This document shows positions 1 through 8,981 of a stretch of DNA of 64,000 nucleotides, piece by piece (the stretch's first letter is position 1; each line of letters begins with the position of its first letter). Made by a program: the position numbers and the translations under genes. The stretch is from Spirochaetaceae bacterium (GTDB lineage Bacteria; Spirochaetota; Spirochaetia; DSM-2461), in NCBI GenBank assembly GCA_051531975.1, contig JAOPTT010000016.1, positions 128,221 through 192,220 of the forward strand, read 5' to 3'. The notes below the pieces were generated by a model. That model did no database searches. It had not been told where the DNA came from and saw nothing but the letters and a program-made list of their open reading frames with translations.

Positions 1-2
1 AT

Positions 3-2279
3 AAAAAACTTCTACATGTAACAAATAACATTGGTGTTGCATATTATGAAATAGACGAATATAACAAAGCTATTAAATATTATACTGATGCAAAAATACT
101 TGCGACCCAGTTAGAGGATTATGAAGAACTGAGTATCTCTTTGCACAATATTGCTCAGTCAAAAGCTAAACTTGCACTATTTGACGAAGCGTTAGAAATA
201 AATGAACAAGCCTTGGATATTGCAACAAAACATGGCTTATTAGATATAGAAGCTAATCTGTGGAACAGTCTTGGTGAACTTTATAGAGCCTGGGGTTGGT
301 ATGAAAAAAGTTTAACTTGTTACAATAATGCTTTTGTAATATTTGAACAAGAAAATAACATAGAAGGTATAGCGACTATAAATAATAATATAGGTCAAGC
401 TCTTAGGGGTAGTGGACAAGCCCAGGCTTCAATCCCTTATTATATAGATGCCCTAGAATTAAGTATAAAAGTTAACGATAAAAAATTACAGGCAATAACA
501 CTTAGTAATTTAGGTGAAGCCTATAGAGATAATAATGAAAATGATAAGGCTATGGAATATTATTCTAAGGCTTTACAAACTGATATTGAAATTAAAAATC
601 TAGAAGGTATTCATATAAGAAAAAATAATATAGCTCTTCTAGATCTTATTTCTGGGGATTACATAAAAGCACGGGATACTTTTGAGGTCGGTCTTAAATA
701 CTGGCAAAAAATAGGAGATAGGCGGGAAGAGTCTATAGCTTTAAAAAACCTATGGGCAGTTAATTTTCAAATGGATAAATATGAAACTGCAGCAGAATAT
801 TTAGTAGAAGTTGTAAGAATACAGGAACAATTAAGATTAACTGCTAAAGGAGCAATACGAAGAGAGTATCTTGATTCGCAGATAGAATCCTATAGAGATC
901 TTGCAGCTACATATTATTACATGAAAGACCCTTTAAACGCTTTATATTTTATGGAACTCTCTAGGGGTAAATATCTTCTTGAACAGATGAATATAACTAA
1001 TGATAGTGTCTATGATTGGAGTACATATACAGATTTTATTCAAAATATGAAACAAGGATCAGCACTTTTAACTTATTCAGTAACTGATAAAAATTTAATT
1101 CAGGCTATTTCAATAGAAAATGACAGGGTTTCAACGACTCTAATAAATATTGAAGAGCAGTTTCTAGATTCTATTTATGATGATTTTGGTTCTCTAATTA
1201 ATAGATACGTAGATGGATCTACAAATAACCAATTTGAAACTATTCTTAAGTTCTACCGTATTTTACTTTCCCGTCCTATTCAGTCCAGATCTACAACTAA
1301 AGCTATTAATGATATCGGAGGATATCTATATTCAAAATTAATTACTCCATTCCATGATAATCTTAAAGGTATAAATCAGTTAATTATTGTCCCTGATGGT
1401 ATTCTTGGAACTATCCCATTTGAAGTTTTAACCGATGAAAATAGTAAATATTTAATAGAAAGATATGATATAAGTTATTCACAATCTTTAGTTATTTCTC
1501 AGATAATAAATAATAGAGAATACAAAGAAGATCGAAATCCCATGCTTGCATTTGGTGGAGCTATTTATGAAGATAATATTAATGTTGTTAGTTCAGATAA
1601 AATAGTTGATCGTCAGGAAATATTAGAAATGATACGTTCAGGCCGGGATACTAGAAAGGCATATAATGGTATGGGGCTTGGATCTTGGCAAGACCTACCA
1701 GGAACATTGGAAGAGGTTAAAAAACTTTCTGAAATAGTTCCAAAATCAAAAATAATAACGGGTGCAGATGTAACAGAAGAGACAGTTTTTAATATATCAA
1801 ATTCTGGGGATCTTGCTAACTATAAAGTTATACACTTCGCAACACATGGTATTGTTGTACCTGAGATTCCAGAGTTATCAGCTGTCGTTTTATCCCAGAC
1901 TTCTAATAATAGCGGTGAAAATGATGGTTATTTAACAATGAGTGAAATTGCATCACTTAAAATAAAGGCAGATTTTGTAAATTTATCCGCTTGTGAAACA
2001 GGTCTTGGTAAAATATACCAAGGTGAAGGTGTTGTTGGTTTAACCCAAGCTTTTTTAATTGCTGGAGCCAATGCATTATCAGTTTCTCTTTGGCAAGTAT
2101 CTGATGAATCGACTATGAAGTTCATGACAGGGGTATATACTTTAGTAGAAGAACAAGGTTTCAGTTATTCGGGGGCAATTTCTGAAATGAAAAGGGTCTT
2201 TCTAAAAGACGATTTGTATAAAAACCCATTTTATTGGGCACCATTTGTATTGTATGGTGATTATGAGGCAGGATTATGA
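3..2279 (+). CDS. TPR-repeat + CHAT (caspase-like) domain protein, 5'-truncated by the window edge
   Basis: Frame is open from position 3 (KKLLHVTNNIGVAYYEIDEY...), so the 141 start is internal. Many TPR motifs (NNIG/SNLGE). CHAT motifs LIIVPDG, LPGTLEEV, HFATHG, NLSACETG, SLWQVSD, PFYWAPF; His-Cys dyad intact. Confidence 0.9.
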   Translation, partial: KKLLHVTNNIGVAYYEIDEYNKAIKYYTDAKILATQLEDYEELSISLHNIAQSKAKLALFDEALEINEQALDIATKHGLLDIEANLWNSLGELYRAWGWYEKSLTCYNNAFVIFEQENNIEGIATINNNIGQALRGSGQAQASIPYYIDALELSIKVNDKKLQAITLSNLGEAYRDNNENDKAMEYYSKALQTDIEIKNLEGIHIRKNNIALLDLISGDYIKARDTFEVGLKYWQKIGDRREESIALKNLWAVNFQMDKYETAAEYLVEVVRIQEQLRLTAKGAIRREYLDSQIESYRDLAATYYYMKDPLNALYFMELSRGKYLLEQMNITNDSVYDWSTYTDFIQNMKQGSALLTYSVTDKNLIQAISIENDRVSTTLINIEEQFLDSIYDDFGSLINRYVDGSTNNQFETILKFYRILLSRPIQSRSTTKAINDIGGYLYSKLITPFHDNLKGINQLIIVPDGILGTIPFEVLTDENSKYLIERYDISYSQSLVISQIINNREYKEDRNPMLAFGGAIYEDNINVVSSDKIVDRQEILEMIRSGRDTRKAYNGMGLGSWQDLPGTLEEVKKLSEIVPKSKIITGADVTEETVFNISNSGDLANYKVIHFATHGIVVPEIPELSAVVLSQTSNNSGENDGYLTMSEIASLKIKADFVNLSACETGLGKIYQGEGVVGLTQAFLIAGANALSVSLWQVSDESTMKFMTGVYTLVEEQGFSYSGAISEMKRVFLKDDLYKNPFYWAPFVLYGDYEAGL

Positions 2280-4078
2280 AAAAATCACGTTTATGGATAT
2301 CTTCATTCATTATTATCTTAGTTGTTTTTATTTCAGTTCTAAACTTTCCACTTTCAGGTATTTTAGAATTAAACACTCAAACCTTAAGAGCTAAAACCTT
2401 AGGGTATAATGAGGTCACTGCACCAATAGTTATTTTAGCTATAGACGACGCTTCATTTGAGAAAATTAACATTAGGTGGCCTTGGCCTAGACAGATTCTT
2501 GCAGAAGCTATAATCAAATTGAAAGATGATGGAGCAAAAGTAATCGGTCTTGATATTATGTTAGGAGAATCTGGTTATACATTAGAAGAAGATGAAGCTT
2601 TAACTAACGCAATAAAATATGCAGGTAATGTTGTTTTACCTTCTAAAAGAGATGAGAGGAAGTCGTCAGGCTATGTTATTGAATATTTTGATGAACCTAT
2701 ATCTTATTTCAGTGATAATGCCGTGACATCTGGTTATGTAAATCTCCTACTTGATAAAGATAAATATATCCGTCGATTATTACCTATAGATAGTTCTCTA
2801 GGTGAAACAAAACATAGTTTTTCGTTTAGCATTATAGAAACTTATGAAGGTCGTAATATCTCCACAAGTACTGGGAATATCAATATAGGAAAACATAAAA
2901 TACCAACTGCCCATGATAATAGCTTCTTAATTAATTATGCCGATGTTGGTGGTTTCCCTGTAATTCCTTTTTATGAGCTTCTTGAAGGAAATATAAAAAA
3001 GGATATATTTAAGGATAAAATCGTACTTATAGGTGCATATTTTAAAGATTCTCACGATCAATTTTTAACTGTATCGGAAGATTTATCTGGTATATATGGT
3101 GTAGAAATACATGCCAATAGTATCAATACTGTTTTTTCTGGAAACTTTCTTACAGATAATTCTAGAAGTGTAGAACTGCTTATAATACTTCTATTAACTA
3201 TAATTGGGTCATTTTTGTTTCTGAGACTAAAGCCACTAAAAGGTTTACTGTTTTTAGGGATTATAATCACTGTTTATCTAATTTTAGCTTCATACTTATA
3301 TCTGAATAGAGGACTTATATTAGAAGTCTTTGATCCCATATTGGCTATTTCACTTACATGGTTATGTTCAGTTTTATATAACTATTTAATAGTTGAAAAA
3401 GAAAAAAAATATGTTAGAAATACATTTTCTAGGTTTGTATCTGCTGAAGTTGTTAATAATATTCTTGATAGTGAAAATGAGATAGAACTTGGTGGAGAGT
3501 TAAGAGATGTTGCTATATTTTTCTCTGATATATGTGGATTTACCTCAATTTCTGAAAATATGAAACCATCACAAATTGTTGAGATGTTGAATGAATATTT
3601 TACTGAGATGACGGATATAATATTCAAATACGATGGTACATTAAATAAGTATATTGGTGATGCAATTATGGCTATATTTGGTGCTCCTATTCAATCTGAT
3701 AATAACTCTGAAAGAGCTGTTAGAGTAAGTCTTGAAATGAGAACGCAGCTGAACCTGTTAAATGAAAAAAGAATCATAGAAGGGAAAGCACCTATAAAAA
3801 TTGGTATGGGACTTCATAAAGGAAAGGTTCTTGTTGGTAATATAGGTTCTACAAGACAAATGGAATATACTGTAATTGGAGATGCTGTTAATGTATGTTC
3901 TAGAATAGAGGGGTTAACCCGTATTTTTGATACGGATCTTCTAATTAGTGACGATTTATATAGGGAAGTTAAAGATCTTGTTAATATTACAACTTGTGAA
4001 CCAATTGATGTAAAGGGTAAAAGTGAGAAAATCCTAGTACATAAAGTTATAAGCCTAAAAGGAGATTATAATGAATAA
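2276..4078 (+). CDS. CHASE2-domain membrane adenylate cyclase (class III)
   Basis: CHASE2 motifs AIDD, WPWPR, IGLDI, GVEIHAN; three TM helices; cyclase motifs FSDICGFT, KYIGDA, EYTVIGDAVNVCSR (Lys/Thr point to ATP specificity). ATGA overlap with the CHAT gene. Confidence 0.92.
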   Translation: MKKSRLWISSFIIILVVFISVLNFPLSGILELNTQTLRAKTLGYNEVTAPIVILAIDDASFEKINIRWPWPRQILAEAIIKLKDDGAKVIGLDIMLGESGYTLEEDEALTNAIKYAGNVVLPSKRDERKSSGYVIEYFDEPISYFSDNAVTSGYVNLLLDKDKYIRRLLPIDSSLGETKHSFSFSIIETYEGRNISTSTGNINIGKHKIPTAHDNSFLINYADVGGFPVIPFYELLEGNIKKDIFKDKIVLIGAYFKDSHDQFLTVSEDLSGIYGVEIHANSINTVFSGNFLTDNSRSVELLIILLLTIIGSFLFLRLKPLKGLLFLGIIITVYLILASYLYLNRGLILEVFDPILAISLTWLCSVLYNYLIVEKEKKYVRNTFSRFVSAEVVNNILDSENEIELGGELRDVAIFFSDICGFTSISENMKPSQIVEMLNEYFTEMTDIIFKYDGTLNKYIGDAIMAIFGAPIQSDNNSERAVRVSLEMRTQLNLLNEKRIIEGKAPIKIGMGLHKGKVLVGNIGSTRQMEYTVIGDAVNVCSRIEGLTRIFDTDLLISDDLYREVKDLVNITTCEPIDVKGKSEKILVHKVISLKGDYNE

Positions 4079-4763
4079 TAAAATACGATATATAATAACA
4101 TTTACAGTTTTAACGGTTTTAATTCCAACTTTTTTATATGCAAATGACGCAATTATACTTGAAAAAAGTGGGGTTGTGAGTATTCAAGACTCAGTAGAAT
4201 TTTATGAGGCAGAGATTGGAACTAGTCTAAATTTTGGTGATATTATTTCAACAGGGAAAGCCAGTTCTGCTATAGTTATATTATCAGATGGTACCCGTAT
4301 TGATCTCTTTTCAAGTAGTAAATTTGTTTTAACAGAACTAAATAACAGTAATAATAACAAAGTAACTGGAATTGGCAAATTGTGGAATAAGATTAAAAAT
4401 AAATTTTCTGATGTAGAATATTCAAATGCTCAGGCTGGAAGTGTTGGAGCTATTAGAGGGTCTATTACTGATGAAGTAATTTTTAATGATGAAATGTCTG
4501 AAGATCAAAATATAGAACTATTAAAAACGATAGATTCAATTACAAATGAGTCCATACTAGATGAAACAAAATGGCAGCTAAAAGCTATTATCTTTGAGGA
4601 ATATGGACAATTTATAGAGGCTGAAAAAATCTACTTACAACAAATCGAGTCAAATCCTACTGATCTTCTTATATATGATATGTTAATAGATCTATACTTT
4701 AAAGTTGATTTTTATGCCCATGCTTCAGAAATTATTAAGTTAAAAGAAAAATATAAAATATGA
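4071..4763 (+). CDS. Exported FecR-like domain protein with C-terminal TPR-like helices
   Basis: Signal peptide; GDIISTGKASSAIVILSDGT and GAIRG resemble FecR-like beta domains; helical C-terminus. Overlaps the cyclase stop; SD GGAG upstream. Confidence 0.6.
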   Translation: MNNKIRYIITFTVLTVLIPTFLYANDAIILEKSGVVSIQDSVEFYEAEIGTSLNFGDIISTGKASSAIVILSDGTRIDLFSSSKFVLTELNNSNNNKVTGIGKLWNKIKNKFSDVEYSNAQAGSVGAIRGSITDEVIFNDEMSEDQNIELLKTIDSITNESILDETKWQLKAIIFEEYGQFIEAEKIYLQQIESNPTDLLIYDMLIDLYFKVDFYAHASEIIKLKEKYKI

Positions 4764-4830
4764 AAAAATTCACCAAGTAAAGAGTATATTTAGCGGGTAT
4801 TATATAAAATAAGAATTTGGGATAGATCGA

Positions 4831-5562
4831 TTGGATAAAAAACACTCAAGATTGTTATATGGTGACATTGGTGGCATTTTTTTAGGGAAAAACATTAAAA
4901 CCAATTATCAATATAATAGACTATATACCATAATTTTATCTTTAAATAATGAATTAGAGTTATCAACTAAAAAGTTTGGAAATGAGATAACTCAATCAGT
5001 ATTAATTCCTCCTAATTTAAAATTTCGAATTAATACAAAAGATGATGATTTAATTATATTTATCCATATAGATCCATATTCTAACTTAGGATTAAAACTA
5101 CAAGATAACAGAGAAATAAATATTTTACCAAAAAACTGGTTCCAAAATCATAAAATAAAATTAAATGACTGTTATGCAAATAATCTTGAAATCAAAGAAG
5201 TTGATGATTTTATAAATGGAATTATTAACGACATTCCAAATAACTACTTTTCCCATAAAAATATTGATCATAGAATAATGGAATGTATAAACATATTGAA
5301 TAACTCAGATATTGTAGATTTTAATGAATTAGCAGCACAATTTTCTCTTTCGTTAAGTCGACTTTCTCATTTATTCAAGGAAGAAACTAATATTACTCTT
5401 AAACAATATATACAACATCGTAAAATGATTAAGGCAATTGATGGAATTCACAAAAAATTTAGTTTAACTGAGGTCGCATTTTATGGAGGTTTTTCTGATC
5501 AGCCACATTTTAATAATGTTTTCAAAAAGATGTTTGGTATAAAACCATCAAAAACACAATAA
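4831..5562 (+). CDS. AraC-family transcriptional regulator
   Basis: C-terminal double HTH: LSLSRLSHLFKEET, LTEVAFYGGFSDQPHFNNVFKKMFG. Confidence 0.9.
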   Translation: MDKKHSRLLYGDIGGIFLGKNIKTNYQYNRLYTIILSLNNELELSTKKFGNEITQSVLIPPNLKFRINTKDDDLIIFIHIDPYSNLGLKLQDNREINILPKNWFQNHKIKLNDCYANNLEIKEVDDFINGIINDIPNNYFSHKNIDHRIMECINILNNSDIVDFNELAAQFSLSLSRLSHLFKEETNITLKQYIQHRKMIKAIDGIHKKFSLTEVAFYGGFSDQPHFNNVFKKMFGIKPSKTQ

Positions 5563-5636
5563 TAGCTGTTTGGTACAATTCTTAATTTTATTGATGAGTT
5601 ACATTTTAATTACAAAAACAATCTTGGAGGATTAAA

Positions 5637-6038
5637 ATGTTAAAAAAAGGACTAAAAAGTTTATTAGCAATTATTATTAGTGGATTAGGAATGTGGGTTA
5701 TTGCAGGTCTTTGGCATAACTTGGTTTTACCAGCAGTTAATCAAAATGTAGATGCTCATCATGATGGGCTTTTATTGATGTTAATTTCATATTTTATATT
5801 AGCTGGGTTTATGACGTACTTTTATACAGTAATTAGTAAAAGTAATTTTATTTTATCAGGGCTTAAAGTAGGAATTCTAATTGGTGTTTTATGGGTTTTT
5901 CCCCATGGATTAACAATGGCTGGTATACATGATACTTCAGTTTTTTATGAGATAAAAAATACTTTGTGGCACTGTTTTGAACAAGGTGTAGGTGGTATTA
6001 TAGTTTCTTTAATTATGAAGAATGAAAAGTTTATATAA
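5637..6038 (+). CDS. Small four-TM membrane protein
   Basis: Strong SD (GGGAGG); four hydrophobic segments; directly downstream of AraC. Confidence 0.75.
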   Translation: MLKKGLKSLLAIIISGLGMWVIAGLWHNLVLPAVNQNVDAHHDGLLLMLISYFILAGFMTYFYTVISKSNFILSGLKVGILIGVLWVFPHGLTMAGIHDTSVFYEIKNTLWHCFEQGVGGIIVSLIMKNEKFI

Positions 6039-6090
6039 ATCATGTATTTTAAAATTATATTGTTTTGAATCGCAGGAATATAAAAAAGGT

Positions 6091-6119
6091 TTGATAGATA
6101 CTAATAAAATGAATATTAT
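6091..6119 (+). promoter_or_regulatory. Putative sigma70 promoter of the MBL gene
   Basis: TTGATA-17 nt-TATTAT. Confidence 0.45.
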
Positions 6120-6136
6120 ATTTAATATTAAATGAG

Positions 6137-6910
6137 ATGGGTAGTAAAGGAATAAAAGTTTTTGTCATGAGTAGAGTAAACAAAATTGGACTAATATGTC
6201 TATTAAATATAATTGTTATATCAGACGCATATTCTGAAAATAACCAAACCATACATATAAGTAGTGAAGTAAAATTAAATTCTATTTCAGATAATGTATG
6301 GATTTATATCTCAGATATAAAACTAGAAAAATGGGGTAAAGTATCGGCAAATGGTATGGCCATTATTACTAATAACCAACTGGTATTAATAGATACCCCA
6401 TGGAATGATGAACAAACCAAATTATTGATTTTATGGTTTACAAATAATTATGATATTACTGAAATAAAAGTAATTGTTAGCCATTATCATGTTGATAATC
6501 TCGGTGGATTAAACTGGATTCATCAAAATGGAATAGAGTCATATTCTATTGGTAAAACACAAGAGATTTGTAAAAATAAAAATCTTTCTATACCAATAAA
6601 TACTTTAAGTAATCCTTACATATTCGATTTTAGCGATACTATAATTGAAGTACATTTCCTAGGTGAGGGGCACACTGTTGATAGTGCTAGTGTATACCTG
6701 CCAAATGAGAAAATACTATTTGCAGGTTGCTCTGTTAAATCACTTAAAAATAGTACTCTCGGAAATGTAGCTGATGCTAATTTAAAGAATTGGCCGGTGA
6801 CCCTACAAAATATGATGAGTTCATTTCCTGATGCTAAAATAATAATACCTGGACATGGGCTAGAAGGTTCTATGTCTTTAATAGATCACACACTTTCATT
6901 ATTTAATTAG
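6137..6910 (+). CDS. bla: Subclass B1 metallo-beta-lactamase
   Basis: Signal peptide; ANG, LIDTPW, HYHVD (H-x-H-x-D), GEGHTVD, LFAGC, LGNVADA, IIPGHG: the full B1 zinc ligand set. Start may be 6167. Confidence 0.88.
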   Translation: MGSKGIKVFVMSRVNKIGLICLLNIIVISDAYSENNQTIHISSEVKLNSISDNVWIYISDIKLEKWGKVSANGMAIITNNQLVLIDTPWNDEQTKLLILWFTNNYDITEIKVIVSHYHVDNLGGLNWIHQNGIESYSIGKTQEICKNKNLSIPINTLSNPYIFDFSDTIIEVHFLGEGHTVDSASVYLPNEKILFAGCSVKSLKNSTLGNVADANLKNWPVTLQNMMSSFPDAKIIIPGHGLEGSMSLIDHTLSLFN

Positions 6911-6940
6911 AATTAATATTATAGAAAAAGGATATAGCAT

Positions 6941-7219
6941 ATGGGATTTCAAATTAAATTTAACTGGGTATTACAAATTGATTGAGATAAAGAAATCAAT
7001 AATAACCAAGAATATGACTTTATAAAGACAGGGAATCGAGCTTTCCCCCTAGATACACCTATTGATCTAATAAACCTAGAAAGAACAGCAATTGCTAAAA
7101 TTAAGATTTTAGAGTTTTGTAATACTACAAATAAGACAGAAGGCAAGTTTATCGTATTAAAAATATATTCTGGAGAAGAGAAAAATATTTTAAGTAATTA
7201 TTGGATAGAAAATCAGTAA
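6941..7219 (+). pseudogene. DUF2584-like small protein gene interrupted by one in-frame TGA
   Basis: SD AAAGGA, then ATG at 6941: MGFQIKFNWVLQID*DKEINNNQEYDFIKTGNRAFPLDTPIDLIN...NYWIENQ-TAA. TGA at 6983-6985. Missing from the ORF track. Family assignment is from recalled motifs. Confidence 0.65.
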
Positions 7220-7344
7220 TACATTTATAAAGATGAGTGTTAACATTAAATAGTTGTAGATAATTAATTAATTAAAATACAAGGAACAGTTCCCAGTATT
7301 ATAGTGTTATATTAATAAGTTTAAGATTTTTAAAAAGGAATAAA

Positions 7345-8241
7345 ATGAATACTAAACTAAAAAACATACTACTTCTAGTCTTCTGGCTGGTTGTTATATT
7401 CATTGGGACTCAAATTACAATAGTTGCATTCTCCTTTATTACTAGATTTATACTAGTCCGACTTGGACTTTTTGATGAACTATCTGGATTTTTACCTAGG
7501 ATTTTATCTATAGCAGTTATAATTACATTTGTATCAATCTATTTCAGATATGTAAAAAATGAAAATTTTAAAATTCACGCTTTTGGAAATCAAAAACTAA
7601 TATTTCAAGACTCATTATTTGGAATCATAGGTACGATCATTGTACTAACATCAATTTATACTGTATTAACAATGAACAAATGGCTAATAGTGTCTGGTTG
7701 GATGATTGATCGTCTAACTTCACAGCAATTAATCCGTCCAGTAGCTCTAGCTCTTGTAACAAGTTTAACTGCTGCCGTTGGAGAGGAAGTTCTTTTTAGG
7801 GGATTTTTTCAAAAGCGATTAGAACAAATACTCAAAAAACCATTTAATGCATTCTGGATCTCAGCATCAATATTTTCATTAGTACATTTTTTTGTATCAT
7901 CTTCCAATGAGGGTAATACTATAATACTTTTTATATGTATTTTGATTGCTGGTATGTTGTTTAGTTATTTATATTACAAAACTGAATCCTTAATTTTACC
8001 AATAGCTTTGCATTTCACATATGACTTTTTTGTTGAAGACTTTTTTAACCTTCCAGGAAAAAATATTGGACCAACTTTGTATGGAGCTATTACTGAGTCA
8101 ACTCTGCCCAACTATATTACAGGAACTGAATACGGTATAGAAACAGGATTATGTGGTGTAGTAGTGTGGATTTTTTTATTTATACTTTTTACTAGATATA
8201 CACGTTATCGGAGAAAAGGTATGAATCTGGAGATTAAATAA
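7345..8241 (+). CDS. CPBP (Abi/CAAX protease-like) intramembrane metalloprotease
   Basis: EEVLFRG, FSLVH, PIALHFTYD motifs; multiple TM helices. Confidence 0.9.
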   Translation: MNTKLKNILLLVFWLVVIFIGTQITIVAFSFITRFILVRLGLFDELSGFLPRILSIAVIITFVSIYFRYVKNENFKIHAFGNQKLIFQDSLFGIIGTIIVLTSIYTVLTMNKWLIVSGWMIDRLTSQQLIRPVALALVTSLTAAVGEEVLFRGFFQKRLEQILKKPFNAFWISASIFSLVHFFVSSSNEGNTIILFICILIAGMLFSYLYYKTESLILPIALHFTYDFFVEDFFNLPGKNIGPTLYGAITESTLPNYITGTEYGIETGLCGVVVWIFLFILFTRYTRYRRKGMNLEIK

Positions 8242-8439
8242 GGAGATGAGACCATTTAACTAATTTTTAATGAATGTTGCTTCCCTATATAAAATCATAG
8301 AAGAAATAATTACCTGAATATGAGCATGTTTTGTGGAATGAAGAAAAATTTGATACTACACTTTAGTTAAAAGAACTTGATTTATTATTAAGTTCTTTCA
8401 ACTACATGCCAATATATAAATATTAATAAAGGATAATGA

Positions 8440-8979
8440 ATGGAAATTACAAAATTTAAATTTGAAAATATCGAAGAAATACAAGAGTTATTTATCAAGA
8501 CATTTTCAGATACTGAAGGCAAAGAAGAGGGACTGTTAATTGGAAAACTAGCTTTTGAATTAATGACTAAAACAGATAAAAAAGATTTGTATGTTTTTAT
8601 TGCTATTGATGATAAAAAGATTATAGGAAGTATTCTTTTTTCTAGGTTGAAGTTTGAAGTTTGTGAGATTAATACATTTTTATTAGCTCCAGTAGCTATT
8701 CACTCCGGTTATCAAAAAAAGGGAATAGGACAGAAATTGATTAATTATGGGCATAATTATTTGAAGGACAACGGTGTAGAACAGGTCTTCACTTATGGTG
8801 ATATTAATTTTTATTCTAAAGTGGGTTATCATGTAATATCAGAAAATATTGTGAAAGCTCCATTAAAACTAATGTACCCAGAAGGTTGGTTAGCACAGTC
8901 ATTTATTAATGATGAAATTAAGCCAATTACAGATAATTCATTCTGTGTAGAAGCTATTAATAATCCTAAATACTGGTAA
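8440..8979 (+). CDS. GNAT N-acetyltransferase (YhbS-like)
   Basis: LLAPVAIHSGYQKKGIGQKLI and YGDINFYSKVGY motifs. Confidence 0.9.
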   Translation: MEITKFKFENIEEIQELFIKTFSDTEGKEEGLLIGKLAFELMTKTDKKDLYVFIAIDDKKIIGSILFSRLKFEVCEINTFLLAPVAIHSGYQKKGIGQKLINYGHNYLKDNGVEQVFTYGDINFYSKVGYHVISENIVKAPLKLMYPEGWLAQSFINDEIKPITDNSFCVEAINNPKYW

Positions 8980-8981
8980 TA

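Noticed and set aside
3..2279. CHAT protease as part of an antiphage system (gasdermin or type III-E CRISPR)
   Set aside because: No gasdermin, TIR, NLR or Cas gene downstream, and the context is signalling. The upstream side is outside the window, so this is not fully excluded.
6983..6985. Genome-wide TGA recoding (alternative genetic code)
   Set aside because: TGA terminates conserved genes at expected lengths (thiS, thiH, map) and Trp is encoded by TGG throughout.
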